From the IMG/VR virus record IMGVR_UViG_3300017763_003980: DNA of 64,000 bases, one strand, 5' to 3'. Made by a program: the position numbers and the translations under genes. The stretch is from a virus (Duplodnaviria; Caudoviricetes). A model generated the notes under the pieces. The model saw only the letters and a program-made list of their open reading frames with translations. It was not told the origin of the DNA and made no database searches. This document shows, piece by piece, positions 10,676 to 19,911 of the stretch. How positions within the stretch are numbered: the first letter of the stretch is position 1; every line of letters begins with the position of its first letter.

Positions 10676-11264
10676 AACAGTACAAGAGTTTGAAAAACAA
10701 ATTGCAAAGTTTTATGATGCGCCTTATGCAGTAGCAACAGATTGTTGTACACATGCGGTAGAATTATGTTTGAGAATAGAACCAATGTCAGCAATGACAT
10801 GTCCTACTAATACATATCCTAGTATTCCTATGACTCTAGACAAATTAAAAATACGTTGGTTTTGGGGAGAAGAAAATTGGGAGGATTATTATTATCTAGG
10901 AAACACTCGTATAATCGATGCTGCTGTTTACTGGAAAGAAAATAGCTATTTGTCAGGCACATTAATGTGTTTAAGTTTCCAATTTCAAAAACATCTTAGT
11001 CTAGGACGCGGTGGCGCCATATTATGTGACAGTCTTCATACATACCATGTACTAAAATCAATGAGTTATGATGGTAGATTGCCAAATATACCTTGGAAAG
11101 AACAAGACATACAACATATAGGTTATCATTATTATATGACACCCGAAACTGCACAGCAAGGTTTAGACAAACTTCCTGATGCAAAAACACGTAAGCCTAA
11201 AAAATGGACGTCTGCAGATTATCCTGATCTCAGGAACATGACTGTCTTTCAAAAACATCGATAA
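10665..11264 (+). CDS. short DegT/DnrJ/EryC1/StrS-family PLP aminotransferase
   Basis: FEKQIAKF..YAVATDCCTHA, IIDAA, SFQFQKHL (PLP Lys), GGAI, GYHYYM; only 199 aa. Confidence 0.8.
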   Translation: MNFETVQEFEKQIAKFYDAPYAVATDCCTHAVELCLRIEPMSAMTCPTNTYPSIPMTLDKLKIRWFWGEENWEDYYYLGNTRIIDAAVYWKENSYLSGTLMCLSFQFQKHLSLGRGGAILCDSLHTYHVLKSMSYDGRLPNIPWKEQDIQHIGYHYYMTPETAQQGLDKLPDAKTRKPKKWTSADYPDLRNMTVFQKHR

Positions 11265-11289
11265 TTATATATGTACTTAAAGGTAGATA

Positions 11290-12273
11290 ATGTTAGTAGT
11301 CGAAAATGCATATGATAATGGAAATAAGCATGAACTAAGTTTCATGCAGATGAACCCTTCTGCTAGCAAATACAATGCAGATGTTTTGATATATGATGCT
11401 TATCAGTTCTTAACTGACGGCTATATTAAACGCCAAAGCGTAATTACTAATTTCCTTAATAAAAAAATATATATTGACGGTACATATGAACTAATGTCTG
11501 AACCAGTGCTTAATTTTTTAAATAAGGCATTTGAAAGTTTAAAAAATTTTTATTATTTCTTTATTCCGAGTAACCAAACTGAAACTAGTGACATATTAAA
11601 AAAATGTCTACAAAAAGGATTAGTAATACAGTCTTCGCAATATTTTGCAGACTATCCTAGTCGTTATCAACCAATATATAATAAAGAAATTGAAAAAAGA
11701 AAATTTTTATTTTATACTGGTAAACCATCTAAGGAAAGGACATTGCTTGTTTCGTTATTATCTTATTATAATTTATTAGATAATGGTTATGTTTCATATT
11801 TTGGAGAAAGTTATGTAGATAGTAATTTTGATAATCAAAAATCCAATGATATTTTTAATAGCCGGGTACCGTTGTTATTAGATGAAAAAAATAAAGTAAA
11901 AAAAGGATTAGATAAATTACAAATACCATTAACGTTGGATGTTAACGTGTTTGGACGAGGAACTGCTCATGCAAAAAACTTTAATGGTGACTATTATAAA
12001 GCTGTTGATTTTTGTATAATATCAGAATCAGATCATGAGAATGGATTTTTTATTACAGAAAAAACAGTAAAATGTATTAATCTCAATAAAAAGTTTATTG
12101 CGTTTGCCGCTCCAAACTATATAGAAAATCTTAAGGCTTATTATAAAGACAAACTTAACACAGATATATCACACCTTACTGACTGGTGCGATACTTCATA
12201 CAGTAAAGAACAATATACTTTTAAAAGAGCAGAGAAAATAATACAAATAGTTAAAGAGGAAACTAAAGAATGA
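11290..12273 (+). CDS. GT-B (GT10/exostosin-like) glycosyltransferase-like protein
   Basis: KFLFYTGKPSKER; IISES...FFITEKTVKCI..KKFI. Confidence 0.5.
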   Translation: MLVVENAYDNGNKHELSFMQMNPSASKYNADVLIYDAYQFLTDGYIKRQSVITNFLNKKIYIDGTYELMSEPVLNFLNKAFESLKNFYYFFIPSNQTETSDILKKCLQKGLVIQSSQYFADYPSRYQPIYNKEIEKRKFLFYTGKPSKERTLLVSLLSYYNLLDNGYVSYFGESYVDSNFDNQKSNDIFNSRVPLLLDEKNKVKKGLDKLQIPLTLDVNVFGRGTAHAKNFNGDYYKAVDFCIISESDHENGFFITEKTVKCINLNKKFIAFAAPNYIENLKAYYKDKLNTDISHLTDWCDTSYSKEQYTFKRAEKIIQIVKEETKE

Positions 12274-13499
12274 AAATAGGTTTTATTGGCACAGGCAAAT
12301 TAGGAATGCCGTGTGCAGAAGCAATAGCTAGCAAAGGACACGATGTCCGTGGATATGATGTAGCTAATCAAGACAGTAAAACTGTACTAGCATGCAGTGA
12401 CATATACACTTGTGTTAAAGATAGAGACATTGTTTTTATTGCAGTGCCTACACCACATGATCCTGCATATGATGGCAGAGAGCCAACTGCACATCTAGAA
12501 CCAAAAGATTTTAATTACGACATTGTAAAAGATGTTATGCAAGAAGCAAACAAGCATATGAATCCAAATCAATTACTTGTGCTTATTAGTACAGTACTTC
12601 CTGGAACTACTCGTAGAGAGTTTGCACACTTAGTAACCAATACAAGATTTGTCTATAATCCTTATTTAATTGCAATGGGAAGTGTAGCATGGGATATGGT
12701 AAATCCTGAAATGGTTATGATTGGCACAGAAGATGGAAGCACTACAGGTGATGCAAAACAACTAGTAGACTTTTATAAAACTATTATGGAAAATGAACCA
12801 CGTTACGAAATTGGTACGTGGGACGAGTGCGAATGTATCAAAGTATTTTACAATACATTTATTAGTGCAAAAATTGGATTAGTGAACATGATACAAGATG
12901 TCGCTGAAATACAAGGTAACATTGATGTAGATGTTGTTACAAACGCATTAGCAAAAAGTACAAAACGCATTATGGGGCCACAGTATATGACAGCAGGCAT
13001 GGGCGACGGAGGAGGATGTCATCCTCGTGATAATATTGCACTACGATATATGGCACAAGAATTAGACTTAGGTTATGATTTGTTTGATAGTATTATGAAC
13101 GCAAGAGAAATGCAAGCACAAAATTTAGCAATTACGCTTGTTGATATTGCCAATGAAAAGAACATGCCAATTTATATACACGGCAAAGCATATAAGCCCG
13201 GTGTACCATATACTGACGGCAGTTACAGTTTGCTCGTAGGCCATTATTGTGCAGAATACGATTTCGAACCAACATATATTGATCCATTGACTGGAGACGA
13301 TAATAGACCAGAGGAACCTTGTGTAATGCTTTTGGCGCATAGTGCAAGTACAACATACAAATATATGCAAGAAGAAGGCGATGACACTGATAAACTATAT
13401 TGTGACATTCCTAATAATAGTGTTGTTGTAGATCCTTGGAGAAAGTATACGAATGATAACTGTGAAGTAAGGCACTACGGTAACACAAGAAATGTATGA
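12270..13499 (+). CDS. ugd: UDP-glucose/GDP-mannose dehydrogenase family protein
   Basis: IGFIGTGKLG Rossmann motif, IAVPTP, STVLPGT, catalytic GGGCHPRD, AYKP. Confidence 0.9.
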   Translation: MKIGFIGTGKLGMPCAEAIASKGHDVRGYDVANQDSKTVLACSDIYTCVKDRDIVFIAVPTPHDPAYDGREPTAHLEPKDFNYDIVKDVMQEANKHMNPNQLLVLISTVLPGTTRREFAHLVTNTRFVYNPYLIAMGSVAWDMVNPEMVMIGTEDGSTTGDAKQLVDFYKTIMENEPRYEIGTWDECECIKVFYNTFISAKIGLVNMIQDVAEIQGNIDVDVVTNALAKSTKRIMGPQYMTAGMGDGGGCHPRDNIALRYMAQELDLGYDLFDSIMNAREMQAQNLAITLVDIANEKNMPIYIHGKAYKPGVPYTDGSYSLLVGHYCAEYDFEPTYIDPLTGDDNRPEEPCVMLLAHSASTTYKYMQEEGDDTDKLYCDIPNNSVVVDPWRKYTNDNCEVRHYGNTRNV

Positions 13500-14166
13500 T
13501 ATTGTATTCATTTCCTACCAAGAGCCTAATGCAGACGAAAATTACGATAAATTAAAAGAACGTTTTCCGTTAGCAAAACGTGTGCATGGTGTTAAAGGAA
13601 TACATCAAGCACATATTGCTGCCGCAAAAAAATGTTTTACTAAAATGTTTTGGATTGTTGACGGTGATGCACATATAGTTGATGAATTTAAGTTTGATTA
13701 TGAAGTTCCTAAACACCAATTAGATCATGTGCATGTGTGGAGAGCAAGAAACGCAGTCAATGCCCTTGTTTACGGATATGGAGGTGTTAAACTATTTCCT
13801 AAGCAGCTAACTATTGATATGGATCTATCAAAACCTGATATGACTACTAGTATCAGTGGAAAATTTAAAGCAGTACAAGAATTAGCAAACGTAACTGCAT
13901 TTAACACAGATCCATTTAATACTTGGAAAGGTGCTTTTAGAGAATGTGTAAAGTTAAGTAGTAAAGTTATCGATAGACAAAAAGATTTAGAAACAGATAA
14001 ACGTCTAAATACTTGGTGTACTAGAGGAAAAACTAATCCGTTTGGAGAATATTCTATACGTGGTGCAATAGAAGGCAAAGCATACGGTGAAAAATACCGT
14101 GATTCACCGCAAGAGCTGCGTAGAATAAATGATTTCGATTGGTTACAGGACAAGTTTAATGATTGA
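13492..14166 (+). CDS. GT-A fold (GT2-like) glycosyltransferase
   Basis: YDIVFISYQEPNA, RVHGVKG, WIVDGD, YGYGGVK; paralog of 3525..4448. Confidence 0.65.
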   Translation: MYDIVFISYQEPNADENYDKLKERFPLAKRVHGVKGIHQAHIAAAKKCFTKMFWIVDGDAHIVDEFKFDYEVPKHQLDHVHVWRARNAVNALVYGYGGVKLFPKQLTIDMDLSKPDMTTSISGKFKAVQELANVTAFNTDPFNTWKGAFRECVKLSSKVIDRQKDLETDKRLNTWCTRGKTNPFGEYSIRGAIEGKAYGEKYRDSPQELRRINDFDWLQDKFND

Positions 14167-14887
14167 ATGGCAAGATGATAATGATGTGTTTGGAAGAATG
14201 TATGTACTTACAGACGAACCTTTATTTAAAAATTTAAGAAATGCAGTTAATCAATTTGATGCAGATTTTTCAGATGCACTTAGTTGGGGACAACTAAAAA
14301 GCAAACGTTGGTTGGTAGAATCTTTAATAGAATCTAATAAATTAGTACTTGCTAGTACTAACGGTCAGCAGAGTTTACAATTAGACACAATATTTTTGTG
14401 CGGTGGCTGGTACGGTACACTTGCAGATATGCTTTTTAAGACAGGATTAAAGATAGATAAAATAAGAAGTTTTGATATTGATCCTACATGTGCTCCTATT
14501 GCCGAATGTGTTAATAAACAGTATGTAATAAATGAATGGCAATTTAAAGCTGCTACTTTAGATATACATGATTTAAGATACAGTAGATTTGATTATGTAA
14601 CACACAAGGCAGATGGTACAGAAATTAAATTAATTGACGATGCCAATTGTGTAATTAATACAAGTTGCGAGCATATATTAGATTTTGAGAGATGGTATGA
14701 TCATATACCTCACGGCATGTTAGTTATAGTACAAAGTAATGACTATTTTGAAGTACCTGATCATGTAAATTGTAGCGAAACACTTGAAGATTTTAAAAAA
14801 CAAACACCAATGCGTAGAGAATTATTTTCAGGTAAATTAGAATTATCAAGTTATAATAGATTTATGCGTATTGGATTTAAAGAATAG
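14159..14887 (+). CDS. class I SAM-dependent methyltransferase-like protein
   Basis: LCGGWYG motif I, IRSFDIDP, INTSCEH; start moved to ATG 14159 (overlaps previous stop). Confidence 0.7.
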   Translation: MIEWQDDNDVFGRMYVLTDEPLFKNLRNAVNQFDADFSDALSWGQLKSKRWLVESLIESNKLVLASTNGQQSLQLDTIFLCGGWYGTLADMLFKTGLKIDKIRSFDIDPTCAPIAECVNKQYVINEWQFKAATLDIHDLRYSRFDYVTHKADGTEIKLIDDANCVINTSCEHILDFERWYDHIPHGMLVIVQSNDYFEVPDHVNCSETLEDFKKQTPMRRELFSGKLELSSYNRFMRIGFKE

Positions 14888-16158
14888 TGTACGAAGAAAC
14901 AAAAAAAGAATTAGATAAGATTAGTCCTAGCTTTTGTATAGCAAAGTGGGCTAGAACTAATGTAAGAACCTATGAAGGCACATCATACAGTTGCCATCAC
15001 TGTAGACCTATAGTTACTCCCAAAGAAGATGTAGTAGCTAATTATGAAACTTTAACAAATAATGAAAAAGTAAAACAATACAGGCAACAGATGCTAAACG
15101 GTGAACGGCCAGAAGAGTGTGGCTACTGTTGGACTAGAGAAGATCAGGGCTTTACAAGTGATAGAATTATTAAAAGTCGTAAATTTATGAAATACCATCA
15201 TATAAACCCATATGATATTACTAAAGACTTAACACATGCTCCTGTACATTTAGATATTGCGTTTGATAGGACATGTAATTTTAAATGTTCATATTGTGGT
15301 CCTCAAAATAGCAGCCTTTGGGCAGAAGAAATAGCACAATATGGAGACATAAAAGGAGTACCTGCGTTTGCTGACAGAGAATCAATACCTAACAGAGAAG
15401 TAAATCCTTATAATGATGCTTTTTGGGAGTGGTGGGAAGCAGGTCTAAAGTATAGTTTACAACATTTAACTATTACCGGTGGCGAACCGCTATTGTCAAA
15501 AGAATTTTGGAAAGTATTAGATAAAGTTGAACAAGATGATTTAGGTATGACAGTTATGGTTAACACAAATCTATGCCCACCTGATAAAATATTCAACAAG
15601 TTTGTAAATAGAATACAAAACTGGGATCCTTTAAGGATGCGTATTTCCACAAGTATAGAATCAATGAGTAAAAAAGCTGAATACAGCAGGTTCGGATTAG
15701 ATTATAATAAGTTTATGAGTAATATGCATAGGATATTAACTGAAACTGATCTAAAAGTTGAGGTTAATCTTACAAATAATGCATTAAGTTTTACTTCGCT
15801 TACTGATCTAGTTCAAGAACTAACTAAATTTAAAATTAAATACGGAGAAAAAAGAGTAACAATGCATAGTAACGATGTTACTTATCCTCAACATTTAAAT
15901 TTACGCATACTTCCTAAAGAACTTAGAAATGCTGAAGTAATCAAGTTTAAAAGATTTATGAAAATTAATAAGAAATATTTTTCCGAATCAGAGAAATATA
16001 AGTTTATGCGTACATTAAAACTTGCACTAGTTGAATATGATGATCTACAAAAACACCGCGATGAATTTTTGATATTTATTGAACAATATGACAAAAGAAG
16101 AAATTTAAATTTTGATCAAACGTTTCCAGAAATAGCAAAATTTAAGGATAAGATATGA
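14887..16158 (+). CDS. radical SAM protein with N-terminal twitch/SPASM-like Cys set
   Basis: CNFKCSYC, TGGEP; N-terminal C...CHHC...CGYCW; GTG start. Confidence 0.85.
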   Translation: MYEETKKELDKISPSFCIAKWARTNVRTYEGTSYSCHHCRPIVTPKEDVVANYETLTNNEKVKQYRQQMLNGERPEECGYCWTREDQGFTSDRIIKSRKFMKYHHINPYDITKDLTHAPVHLDIAFDRTCNFKCSYCGPQNSSLWAEEIAQYGDIKGVPAFADRESIPNREVNPYNDAFWEWWEAGLKYSLQHLTITGGEPLLSKEFWKVLDKVEQDDLGMTVMVNTNLCPPDKIFNKFVNRIQNWDPLRMRISTSIESMSKKAEYSRFGLDYNKFMSNMHRILTETDLKVEVNLTNNALSFTSLTDLVQELTKFKIKYGEKRVTMHSNDVTYPQHLNLRILPKELRNAEVIKFKRFMKINKKYFSESEKYKFMRTLKLALVEYDDLQKHRDEFLIFIEQYDKRRNLNFDQTFPEIAKFKDKI

Positions 16159-17393
16159 ATAAAACTCCTTGGTGCATGGATCCGTTCATTCAAATGGCCC
16201 ATACTGCTGATGGGTTTTTTAGAGTATGTTGTATTGGAGAAGTACATAGAGAACGCACTGATCTTAATACTAAAGAAATGACTCCTTTGGAATACTGGAA
16301 CAGCGATGTTAGTAAACAGATTCGATCGGATATGTTAAAGCCTATAGAAGAATTTAGCGACATCACAAAATATGCATGTAGTCAATGTTTAAAAAATAAT
16401 AGAGATGGTGTACGCAGTCGCAGACAAACGGAAAATGTAAGGTACCAAGATAATAAAAAAGCAAAAATAAATGTTATAAAACATTTAAAAAATATTGATT
16501 ACACGTATGATGACTTACTATATGTAAATTTTAAAGTATTAGGAAATATTTGTAATTTAAAATGCGTAATGTGTAGTGCAAATGCAAGTAGTAAAATTGC
16601 TGCAGAAGCAAAACAGCATTACGGATTTCCTCGAGGATGGAGTGCAGGCGACAAAGCAGAACTAGAACCGTTTACTCCTGATACACGTAATGACTATTTT
16701 ACAGAATTACAAAAAATAATTGACAGTATTCCAAAATTTAATTTAGTCGGCGGCGAAAATTTAATACATCCTGATTTCCCTCGTCTGTTCCAAATGTTTA
16801 TAGACAGCCCAAATATCAGTAATATTGATATGCTAATTATTACCAATGGAACAATAGTACCGGATATTGTGCAAGACAATGCACATTTATTTAAAAGTAT
16901 GACTATACTAATAAGTATGGACGGTGTTTATGAAAGAGGTTCATATGTGCGTTCAGGACTCAATTGGAAAAAGTTTGATACTAACGTAAGAAAATTTGCT
17001 AGTAATCCTCATGTATTTTTAAGACTAGTGCCAGCAATACAAATGCTTAATGCAGGATATGTTAAAGAAATGCATGAATGGATAGAGTCTGTAGGCCTAG
17101 ATCCTAAGATGTCGATAGATTGGAATAATGTTGTTACATATCCTGAAACTTTACGTGCAATTAATTTACCTAAAGAAATAAAACAAGAATATATGCGTAA
17201 GATGATAGGACCTGATATAACACACCCGTCAATACGAGTAGTTTTCGATATACTAAAACAGCCTCAATATAGTCACAAAGAGTTCCTTGAGGGACTTAAA
17301 TACTTACGTAAATTAGATAAAATTCGGAACACAAATCTACTAGAACATTTTCCTGAGTTTGAGCAGTATATAGGAGATATAGATGATAACTAA
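16155..17393 (+). CDS. radical SAM protein with N-terminal twitch/SPASM-like Cys set
   Basis: CNLKCVMC, VGGEN; N-terminal C...CC...CSQC. Confidence 0.85.
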   Translation: MNKTPWCMDPFIQMAHTADGFFRVCCIGEVHRERTDLNTKEMTPLEYWNSDVSKQIRSDMLKPIEEFSDITKYACSQCLKNNRDGVRSRRQTENVRYQDNKKAKINVIKHLKNIDYTYDDLLYVNFKVLGNICNLKCVMCSANASSKIAAEAKQHYGFPRGWSAGDKAELEPFTPDTRNDYFTELQKIIDSIPKFNLVGGENLIHPDFPRLFQMFIDSPNISNIDMLIITNGTIVPDIVQDNAHLFKSMTILISMDGVYERGSYVRSGLNWKKFDTNVRKFASNPHVFLRLVPAIQMLNAGYVKEMHEWIESVGLDPKMSIDWNNVVTYPETLRAINLPKEIKQEYMRKMIGPDITHPSIRVVFDILKQPQYSHKEFLEGLKYLRKLDKIRNTNLLEHFPEFEQYIGDIDDN

Positions 17394-18105
17394 CGAAGAA
17401 AAAGCAGAACTAGCAAAGTTCAGCTATTTAGAAGCTTTTAGAGATGGTACATTACCTGCCCCTAAAATAATGGATTTAGTTTGCGAAAGTCAGTTAGCTG
17501 CACTAGGTGATTTTGTACCATTAAAAGTAAAGATAAAATTAGGTGAATTTAGAAACGAAATAAAAAAATATGACGGTAAATGGGTGCCGTATCTGCCGCG
17601 AGAAGGTGAATTAAATGATAGACAAGGACTTAACTATATAGGGTTAGAAGGAGACACACCTTTTGATAGCATTAGTCTTCCTGAAGCAAGAAAACGCACA
17701 GGGAAAAAATTAGTAGAAATTGACTTTAGTACTAAAACACAACTATATAATGATTTACCAAGTCTGAAAGCAATTACAGATGTTTGGCCAGACCCTTGTC
17801 GTTGTACACTAGTAAAAGTTAATAAAGGTGGCTGGTTTCCTTATCATCGTGATAGTGTGTTATTAAATAGAAGAACATTTAGAATAATTGCATTTCTTAC
17901 AAATACTGGCGCAGAGTGTTATCAATGGGAGCATGACTATACAATGCGTACAATTGAAGAAGGAAGATGCTATTATGTAAACACACAATTAGCTCATAGA
18001 ACCCATAGTTATGTACCCGATAGCATACACCTAGTAATGAATATACCAAAAACACTTGAAAATGTTTTTAGGGTAATGGACATACTAAAGCACGGCGAAA
18101 CATAA
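17383..18105 (+). CDS. 2OG-Fe(II) oxygenase (AspH-like)
   Basis: FPYHRD (HxD) ... NTQLAHRT distal His, IHLVMN. Confidence 0.65.
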   Translation: MITNEEKAELAKFSYLEAFRDGTLPAPKIMDLVCESQLAALGDFVPLKVKIKLGEFRNEIKKYDGKWVPYLPREGELNDRQGLNYIGLEGDTPFDSISLPEARKRTGKKLVEIDFSTKTQLYNDLPSLKAITDVWPDPCRCTLVKVNKGGWFPYHRDSVLLNRRTFRIIAFLTNTGAECYQWEHDYTMRTIEEGRCYYVNTQLAHRTHSYVPDSIHLVMNIPKTLENVFRVMDILKHGET

Positions 18106-18842
18106 TGGGCATAGTTACTAAAACTATTCGACGTGATCAACACATACATAAACTAAAAGAAAGAATGTCACCTGCTTATAGTATAGAAAATTTTTTATCT
18201 ACACAGGAGTTAAATGATCTATATAGTTTGTGGAACAGCAAACAGGAATGTGCTATTACAAAAAACACTGGTCCTATTACAGTAAATTTAAAAGACATTC
18301 GCGATTCTGATATTATTAAGTGTGTAATAAAAAAAATACAAAAACAAATTGGTGATGAATGTAGATGTTGGGGAGGACAATTTTTCTATACTAATGTTCC
18401 TTATGTAATACATAACGACGATGATTCACACACATTTCCAGATGCATTTAAAGCTGTTAGTATGCCTATTAAAGTGTGGCCTGAAGATAAAGAAAGTTCA
18501 TTAACTGAATTAGTATGTTTTGAACAAGCATATTTTGAAGGACCGTCAAAGTTTTTTAATGGTGGTCCTGAGCAAGAAACATATTATAATGTTGCTGTAT
18601 ATGATTATGAATATGTGCATAACTTAAAAGAACAATCAATACCAAAGATAATAACAGATAAATTGTTGCCACATCTAAAAACAGAATGGTTACAAGGATT
18701 AAGTATAGATAATAAATTTAAATGGCAATTAGGCAACGCAATAGTTTTTGACTCTCTTAAATTACATGCAAGTACAGATTTTAGAAAAAAAGGTATAGAA
18801 GGAAAGTTAGGATTAAGTTTATTTTTTGAGAAGGCACTATGA
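18105..18842 (+). CDS. 2OG-Fe(II) oxygenase-like protein
   Basis: YVIHND (HxD) ... FDSLKLHAS. Confidence 0.6.
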   Translation: MGIVTKTIRRDQHIHKLKERMSPAYSIENFLSTQELNDLYSLWNSKQECAITKNTGPITVNLKDIRDSDIIKCVIKKIQKQIGDECRCWGGQFFYTNVPYVIHNDDDSHTFPDAFKAVSMPIKVWPEDKESSLTELVCFEQAYFEGPSKFFNGGPEQETYYNVAVYDYEYVHNLKEQSIPKIITDKLLPHLKTEWLQGLSIDNKFKWQLGNAIVFDSLKLHASTDFRKKGIEGKLGLSLFFEKAL

Positions 18843-19402
18843 GATTAGAAACTTTTACACAAAAAACTATAAATGATAGACAACACGATGCACTAGTTAG
18901 TTTATCTCAGTATGCAAGTACACTTAATGATCCTGCTGCAAAAAATTATGCTGTAGATGATTGGGAAGAAAGAACAGACACTTTATTATATGCTTTTTAC
19001 AAGAAAAAAAGATTTGATATATTTAATATACTATATCATAAAGACACACCTATAGCAATGGCAGGAGCATATGTTTTTAATCATCAACCAATAATAGGAG
19101 TAAGAACATTTACGCATCCAGACTTTAGAGGCGGCGGACATTGGTGCCAAGCAAGATACATACTTCCTGCACAAATAGATTACTATGATGAACAAAATTA
19201 TAAAACAGTTTGGCTTACATTTAACGACTACAATACACGGCTAGTAAATTTTATCAAACGCATAAGTGAAGGCCGATCATCTCACCTAGGAGGCGGTCCG
19301 AAAAAGATATATCAAAATCTTACTTGGCACGATGAACCAAAAACAGTACAGTATACAAAGCAAATAATTGCTGAATTAAAAATATCAGATTATAAAAAAT
19401 GA
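18839..19402 (+). CDS. GNAT-like acyltransferase
   Basis: IGVRTFTHPDFRGGG resembles the acetyl-CoA-binding motif A. Confidence 0.5.
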   Translation: MRLETFTQKTINDRQHDALVSLSQYASTLNDPAAKNYAVDDWEERTDTLLYAFYKKKRFDIFNILYHKDTPIAMAGAYVFNHQPIIGVRTFTHPDFRGGGHWCQARYILPAQIDYYDEQNYKTVWLTFNDYNTRLVNFIKRISEGRSSHLGGGPKKIYQNLTWHDEPKTVQYTKQIIAELKISDYKK

Positions 19403-19881
19403 AATTAATTAAAATTAAAAAAATTTCAGGAAGTCGAGAAAGAAGAGTATACAAATATAAAACACATTATAGAAAACATTGGAACTTCGCTAGTAATAAG
19501 TTTGCAACAAGATTGCCAATAAAAGAGCATGTAGAAATGGTAAACAAACTAGTTCCTGGATATATTTTAGGATATAAAGTTTTAAAGAAATGTATGTGGA
19601 TAGACTACAATATAGTTCCAGGTATTCCTGCATCGGACATGACTGTGTTTCCAAGAACTCCAGAATTTATTACAAAAGTATATAACTTTTGTATTGACAA
19701 TATTAGAGAAACAGCACCATATGCTCACTATGATTGGTCATTAGATAACATAATTATTGATGGTGATAATTTACAATTAATAGATTGGGATCTTTGTGCA
19801 ATTTACACAGACCAAGAAATTAAAGAAAGATTTGAATCACAGTATATTGGTCAGCTGTACTCCAAACTTCACAGTTCTTAA
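19399..19881 (+). CDS. small APH/protein-kinase-like phosphotransferase
   Basis: HYDWSLDN catalytic loop and LIDWD metal-binding motif. Confidence 0.65.
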   Translation: MKLIKIKKISGSRERRVYKYKTHYRKHWNFASNKFATRLPIKEHVEMVNKLVPGYILGYKVLKKCMWIDYNIVPGIPASDMTVFPRTPEFITKVYNFCIDNIRETAPYAHYDWSLDNIIIDGDNLQLIDWDLCAIYTDQEIKERFESQYIGQLYSKLHSS

Positions 19882-19899
19882 AACTTAAAAGATTGATTG

Positions 19900-19906
19900 A
19901 TAAATA
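19900..19906 (+). promoter_or_regulatory. late-promoter-like box ATAAATA, 5 nt before ATG 19912
   Basis: Resembles T4 late TATAAATA; no SD before the ATG. Confidence 0.55.
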
Positions 19907-19911
19907 TATAT

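Noticed and set aside
485-14887. Bacterial O-antigen/capsule locus
   Set aside because: No wzx/wzy/wzz, ABC exporter or initiating transferase; the surrounding genes and promoters are phage-type
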